Source of the DNA: Octopus bimaculoides
Taxonomy: Eukaryota
Assembly (NCBI RefSeq): GCF_001194135.2
Contig: NC_068982.1
Location: 158,095,169 to 158,135,946 of the forward strand
Length of the DNA stretch: 40,778 bases
Reading direction: 5' to 3'
Shown: positions 34,364 to 40,778 of the stretch, one piece after another
How the letters are laid out: every line of letters begins with the position of its first letter
How positions within the stretch are numbered: position 1 is the stretch's first letter
Notes under the pieces: generated by a model
Seen by the model: only the letters and a program-made list of their open reading frames with translations
Database searches by the model: none
Told to the model about the DNA's origin: nothing
Made by a program: the position numbers and the translations under genes

Positions 34364-35367
34364 TTTTACCTTGCATAGAACTGAGTCAAACTGCTATCAA
34401 ATAATACATGTAAATTATACTAAATGTATTGAGTGCCACTTTAGTATATGTCCACTCATTCACGTGTACACATATACATTTATGTATATATATACTTATT
34501 TATACGTATATATATGTGCACACAAGTACGCACGCACAGATATGCATGAGCTGATGTGCATGAATTTGTATGCATACAGTGTACATCTAACATTGTACGT
34601 TTGTACATGTCTGTTTATTTGTATTCTTATATGTCAGCTTATAATCTTTCAGTTCACTGTCTTTTCTATTTTTCTATTTTCTCCTCCAGATTTTGAAATA
34701 CAACGATTACCACGCTATTTTCTAATAAGTTTTGATCGAGAATTCCATAAAAAATTTTAATACATCGCTATATTAAGAGTAAATTCATGATTTCTAACTT
34801 AGTTTACAAAGTGCTATGCATGAAATTTTATGCCTTTGGCTGTATTATTCGAGTATTCAGCAAATTAATGTGCACACATTTATAATAAAAGCAAAACAAA
34901 AACAGAAGATTATTTAGTCACGTCATCTTACGCGTTTTATTGGCGATGAAAAGAAAAATTCGTTACATTAGAAAAATCTTACAAATAGATCATATAGATG
35001 GTGTAACTCATTTTAGCAAATTTTTAGGACTATAATCCAGTGCTACGGTATAAACATCAGATTACTAATGAGAGTTATGCAACATCTGAAGATTTGAGAA
35101 TATTATCTGCTTATAAGTTTTTCTTTATATGAGAGAGTTCTTTTGCATCGTTAAGGAAATGCGTGTAAGATGTAACTGAATAATACATGAATAAACTCTT
35201 GTTCTGTGTTGGTTCATATATAATCTAAGATCTGTATAAGTTTGGAATAATAGGAATCCTCTTTGCGGTTTTCTCTTTTCATGTTTCAAAATGCTCACGT
35301 AGTTCTAAATACTAGTTATTTGTAATAGAAATTCAATTTACACCATCAGTACAATTATGTATTTATA

Positions 35368-35924
35368 CAGGGGTTGGACAAATTAATGGAAACAACTAGT
35401 ATCAGAGCATCATAATTTTCAAATATCTATAAAACCGTCAAAAGCTTTTTTATTTTTGTGATTTTATTTTATTATTAGTGTTGCTTAATATGTTTTGCTA
35501 AACTTGCTCTTTCTTTTCAGATATCATCAGAAAAGGTAATTAAAAATTACAAATCTATCGTACTTTCAAAGAGGTCAAATTGTTGGTGCTCGTATGACAG
35601 GTGCTAGCGTATCGAAAACAGCCGAAATGTTTGGTGTATCAAAAAGTACTGTCTCGAAAGTAATGCCAGGGAAAAACCTCCTCGTCGAAACAAAACTACA
35701 GAAGAAAACCAAAACTCTCAGATAGGGACCGTCGAACACTTACGCGAATTTTTAGAAATGATCACGAAAGTACAGCTCTCAAAATGACTGCAGAGCTTAA
35801 TGACCACCCCGAGAACCCAGTTTCCATAAAAACTGTTCGCCGGGAGCTGCACAAAGCCGGATTTCACGGGACGGCTGCTATCAGAAAACCACTACTTTCA
35901 AAAACAAACATTGCAAAACGTTTG
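35368..35924 (+). mobile_element. 3'-truncated Tc1-like transposon
   Basis: TA-CAGGGGTTGGACAAATTAATGGAAAC 5' TIR; from 35546 ITNLSYFQRGQIVGARMTGASVSKTAEMFGVSKSTVSKVM, then after a frameshift KPKLSDRDRRTLTRI...MTAELNDHPENPVSIKTVRRELHKAGFHGTAAIRKPLLSKTNIAKRL (paired-like HTH region of a Tc1 transposase). Confidence 0.9.
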
Positions 35925-35985
35925 TATGCATATAATACATATATTTATATATATGTATACCTTTCACACTTTCTTCTTATTACTA

Positions 35986-36425
35986 TTAAGGCTGCGAGCT
36001 GCAAAATCGTTAGCGTGCCGTAGAAAATAATTAGCGATATTTCATTCGTCTTCACGTTCTGAGTTCAAATTCAGCTGAAGTTGACTTTACATTTCACCCT
36101 TTCGGGGTTGAAGAAATAAATACCAGTGGAACTCTACGGTCATTGTAATCGACTCACGCCCTCTCTCGAAATTGTTGGCATTGTGCCAAAATTTGAAGCC
36201 TCTGTTTTCCATTGTCTAATGTGACGGATGGCGGAACCGTTAGCACGTCAGACGTGATGTTTGGCGACATTTCTTCCAGCTGTACGTCCTATGCTCAAAT
36301 ACCACCGAGGTGAACTTTACCTTTCATCCTTTCAGTATCAATAAAACAGGAATTAGTTGAACATTGGGGTAGATATAATCGATTACCCGCCTCTCAAAAT
36401 TGCTGGTGCTCTTCCAAATCTAGAA
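35986..36425 (+). mobile_element. Two tandem SINE family B copies (about 35986-36200 and 36226-36425)
   Basis: Heads GGCTGCGAGCTGCAAAATCGTTAGCG and GGCGGAACCGTTAGCACG, each with a B-box-like GAGTTCAAAT/GCTCAAAT and a 3' tail. Confidence 0.8.
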
Positions 36426-39266
36426 AGTTTTGTTTCCGAGTGTTTCTTTTTTTAGTCTTATCAACATCATATCTCATTACCTTTTATATATATTATATAT
36501 GGATAGTAGATTGGTATGTCATTCGAATATCAAAAAACATATATTACTGAATTAAGTAATGATGTTTTATGATTTGAGTTCAAATCACTCTGAGTTCGGT
36601 TTTGCCTTCCATGATTAGGAAATGCATGAAATAACTATCAGTTAGGTTGTAGCATTAAAAAAAATCGACCCACTATTCTTCAAAATATGTCTCTGTAACG
36701 CAGAATCATTGCATATGAGTGCATCAATGGCTGTATATTTATATCACACGTCAACAAACGTATTACTGTTTCTTTTGTTGGGAATAGATTAAAACACCAT
36801 TTATTATGATACCTCATTTTAGTGTCTCTGTCTTCTGATACGATATCGTAAACAACACCCACTTTATTCCTCATCACCGGAAAACTGGAGCGTCGTTATC
36901 TTTGAAATTAAGAAAAATTACTTTGTGAAGCTATACCTTTGATGATTATTCTTTCCTTTTCTCCATTTATCTGCAAAATACACACACACACACGCACACA
37001 CACACATACACACACACACGCACAGATGTGCATGTACGGATATGTACGTATGTGTTTACGTGTGTATCTAAATATGTAGGTATGTGTATGTTTGTAGATA
37101 TACACGTACGTGTTTGTGAGTATGTGTGTATGTGTGTACACATACATGCGTATATATACACACACACATATACACCCACGTTCACAATGGCTCCCATACG
37201 CTTACATTTTAGGAAGTTGTCCATTCTACAGCTACAGCGTTCTTTCAGCTGGCTATGATACAGTTAATAGGATCCACGTGTAAAATATCGTTTCTAGTTG
37301 TCTTGTCAGATATTGTTTTGAACTATTTTTTTTTTCGTTAGTCGATGTTGATACAGGTAATGCTTAATGCGTTTCTGTTTGCAAACGTGTGGGTTTTGGG
37401 TTGGAAGCAGTTAATATAATCATACTATATTATATGGTTTTTTTTTCGCTTTCTGTTTGAATTTTTTCCTGTCCTTACTACACTAAGAACCGGTTAGATA
37501 TGGCTTACAGTTTTACGAGAATTTCGAGATAAGGCAATACATTTGCTGGCGTTGATGGACTTTATGTGGTTTATAGCATTGTCATAGAAGTATTGCTCCA
37601 AGCTTTCTAGGCTTTTATCTTGCATATTGTATTTGCGTGTCCTTTATCATATTTTAGTCTCACCATCACAGTTAAACTAAAATGTGACATGCTGGAGCAC
37701 CGCTTTCACTGTATAAGAAAAAAAAAAACAGTATTCCTTCAATATTCAGATAATATTTTGTCATGCCCATCTGCGAGAATTATGTGTGGTATTTTTGTTA
37801 GTATTTATTTTTCAAATCCACCCCAGAAAAGTGGTGCTAGTATAATATTTAGAGTTTGGAAGAACGCAAATACTATACAAGCACAGAAAAATCACAAAAT
37901 ACTTATGAATTTCACAATGCTTCAGCTACTAAAATCATTAAACAATATTCTGTTATCTGGTAATTTACTGACATACATGACTGGATAGTTAACGGAACAG
38001 CTGGACAACGCAGTTTTGTTTCAAGTAACATAACCAGATTCCTCTGGTAAACTAATTTTCTGGAAGCTAGAGTGAACCGAAACAATGAAATATATTGTCG
38101 TGGCCATTGAGAACGAAATAAATGTTATTAGCAGATTTGATTTTATGATCAATATGCTCATTTCCTTACAATCGTATCCAGAAATCGTCTTTTTTTTTAT
38201 CCTCCAGGAAATTTTCTTCAGCCACAGATTAGCTTTGATCATACTGAAGTTTAATCAAAAATCTCTTAGATCATACAACTTTGACCAGCCAGCCGTACAT
38301 CATCCGGTTAAGAACCACATTTAAGCTACTCTTCTGAGAAGTGCGAACTTATGCTACTTTGTTAGAGAGCACAAATTATAAACTTAAGTATTAAAAAGTA
38401 ATGCATTCCGAATTAAGAGATATTGATCTATATAATACCTATAGATGAGTATTATTACGCTGTGCTACCTGTTGGAAGGATCTACTTGGTCTTCACATAT
38501 TTATCTGCATAGCAAAGGTATGAGAATAAAATTAATATCTTTTAATTTCTGAATTCTATGAACGAAATGGGTTTTTTTTTTCAAATTGGATTAAGATCTC
38601 TCAGAATTTTAAGGAGCCTATACAACTTATTAGTTTGTACAAGTTCATGAACACGTTTTTTGCTATGCATATAATACAGGAAATTACTGAAACTGAGCTC
38701 AACTCATTGTTCACACACCATGAAGAAATGATTTTGTTTGGACGTTACTGTGCTAACGTAGTTACATTGTAACACTGCGTATGCAACTGTATAGTGCAGG
38801 CTTGCGTTGTAGTTGATTTCTTTTTATTATTAATATACAACGGAAAGACCTTTATGCAGATACGAATTCTGACCCACCTCCTCTGTTTGTAGTCAACTAA
38901 AATTTACCTGAATTTTCTGCATTTGAAATAACATGAGGTCAAGCAGCATGTACAATACGACATTTTAAATATATATTTGTTCATGGCGTGCTAGAACAAC
39001 AAGTTTCTTAAAGTTTGTATATTTAAATTTTCAAAGCAAAATGTTGAAAGATAAAAACTAAGAGTTAACAAATGTATTAAAGATAAAATCTACGACCGGA
39101 AGAAATCTATCAGACTTGATGCAACATATGCTTTGGGTAAAATCAATGTGCTTGTCAGTTGCAGAAAACATCTCAAAATGTTTTTAATTGAAACTCAGTG
39201 GTTTGCTGGAGCTAATTCCAAGTATAATCATAAAGCTTTAATTTCGGGGTTACTTTACTAGTTATA

Positions 39267-39470
39267 GGGCGGTGAATTAGCAGAATCATTTTAGTGATGA
39301 ATAATATACATTGCACTATTTAGCTACGTTCCTTATATTCTGAATTCAAACCTCACAGTAATAGACAGCCTTGCTTTTCAGCATTCTGGGGTCGATAGTG
39401 TACTGACAAGTGGTGGGTTGATTTAATCTGTTCCAAATTACCCCACCCCCGTTTGAGGTGTTATGCTTAC
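39267..39470 (+). mobile_element. SINE family B, old copy
   Basis: GGGCGGTGAATTAGCAGAATC...TTCTGAATTCAAA...GGGGTCGATAG. Confidence 0.65.
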
Positions 39471-40741
39471 ATAAGATATGTGTATTAATGACTTAGAGAG
39501 CGATGGATTAGCAAATCGTCATAGCATAGGATAAAAGAACTTTTTAAACCCTTTCGTACTTTAACCTCCACTGTCGTCGACGTCACTTTTAATTTTTCTA
39601 AAAGTAGATAATGACGTAATATTCACGTATCGGGCTGATTTTATTCCAGGTTTTGTGTCTGTGTAACAATTCAACACCATAGCTTTTCATTTTGATCGCT
39701 CAACTTTCCGATACCAGGTATGGAAACCAGTTGTAGCTGTTTTTTTGTTGTTGATATTTTGTTGATAATTATCGTGGTATTTGATTTTGTTGTTGTGTCA
39801 AAGGCAAAAGCTCACTCATCTGTGATCAAATACCTACCAACTAAGGTTATCCTGCGTTTCTTTTTTACAGATACCACACTCAGAACTACACTATCCAGAT
39901 TATTGTTCTGTTCTTTTTTTGTTTATTTTTTTCCTTTAAAGACTGTATAGTGTACCATGACGGAGGTTTGGTTGCTATTATTTCTAAATCGAATGGTCAA
40001 TACTGCCACAGCGGCTGAACGACTTTCGTTTGTTACTGATACATTTTTCTTCTTTTGTAACACTTTATGTCTATAAAGGACACCATCTCAGGACGAATAC
40101 CACAGATAATTTCGACTTCTATGTTATATTTGTTGTAAGTACGATGCACAGATGGTTATTTTAAGCAGATACAGCTTCTGTTCCGCATAAGGAATATATA
40201 TATATATAATATGTGTGTGTGTGTATCTATATTTGTATATGTAGTCCTTCTTATATTTTATAAGCATGGGTACCTGAGAGAAATTTGTTAACTAGTTTTC
40301 ATTCAAAGTTCGGTGAAAACAGAAGCAAAAATGAATTATATGTTGCTATCACTACACATTGTTCACTACTCTGTCCAGGTGGGAACTGCACATTAACTAA
40401 ATAACTAGTTATATATTTCTTGGTTACGAATTTAATTTACAGCAGGCTGAACTTGCCTATTTTACTTCTTCCACAATTGATATCATTCGTATCAGTAGTG
40501 TACTGTAATCGTGTGTAGTGACATAGGCATCAGATACTAGACGACCATAAGCTAATTCAAAAACATTTTGTACTTGATTTACACAGCTTTTTATGTCAAC
40601 AATGTAATTGAAAACTAAATTTCCCATTTAGTTACATATATAAATATTCGTAAACGCGCGCTCACACACATACACACGTACACATACCATGTTCATATGA
40701 GTTTATGCGTGTATCCAGATATATTTAAGTATGTATATTGA

Positions 40742-40743
<2 letters not shown>

Positions 40744-40778
<35 letters not shown>
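40744..40778. repeat. (TC)n microsatellite at window end
   Basis: Direct reading. Confidence 0.95.

Noticed and set aside
38190-38254. Strong-looking acceptor followed by a short frame ending ...FDHTEV* (PDZ-ligand-like)
   Set aside because: Only 15 codons with no linked upstream exon; the motif is too short to support.

Overview
AT-rich, repeat-dense eukaryotic DNA from a gapped draft assembly (8 N-runs, mostly at microsatellites). The two dominant SINE families look like octopus tRNA-derived SINEs, so the source is probably Octopus; this is recognition from memory, not a database search. No intact host protein-coding gene can be supported. The window is a patchwork of two SINE families (about 30 pieces), decayed LINEs (one CR1/L2-group 3' end, two RTE-type RT remnants), two Tc1/mariner remnants, two TA-flanked MITEs, Penelope-like pLTR fragments and many microsatellites. 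The most interesting signal is at RNA level: four hammerhead-ribozyme-like motifs in four different contexts. One of them (9577-9637) has the catalytic core in register with stems I and III, but its three strands are in a non-circularly permuted, pseudoknotted order that is not type I, II or III; its stem II is weak. Also notable are a LINE 3' tail shared with a SINE family with compensatory stem-loop changes, and three fold-back inversions, one centred exactly on a hammerhead helix-III palindrome.
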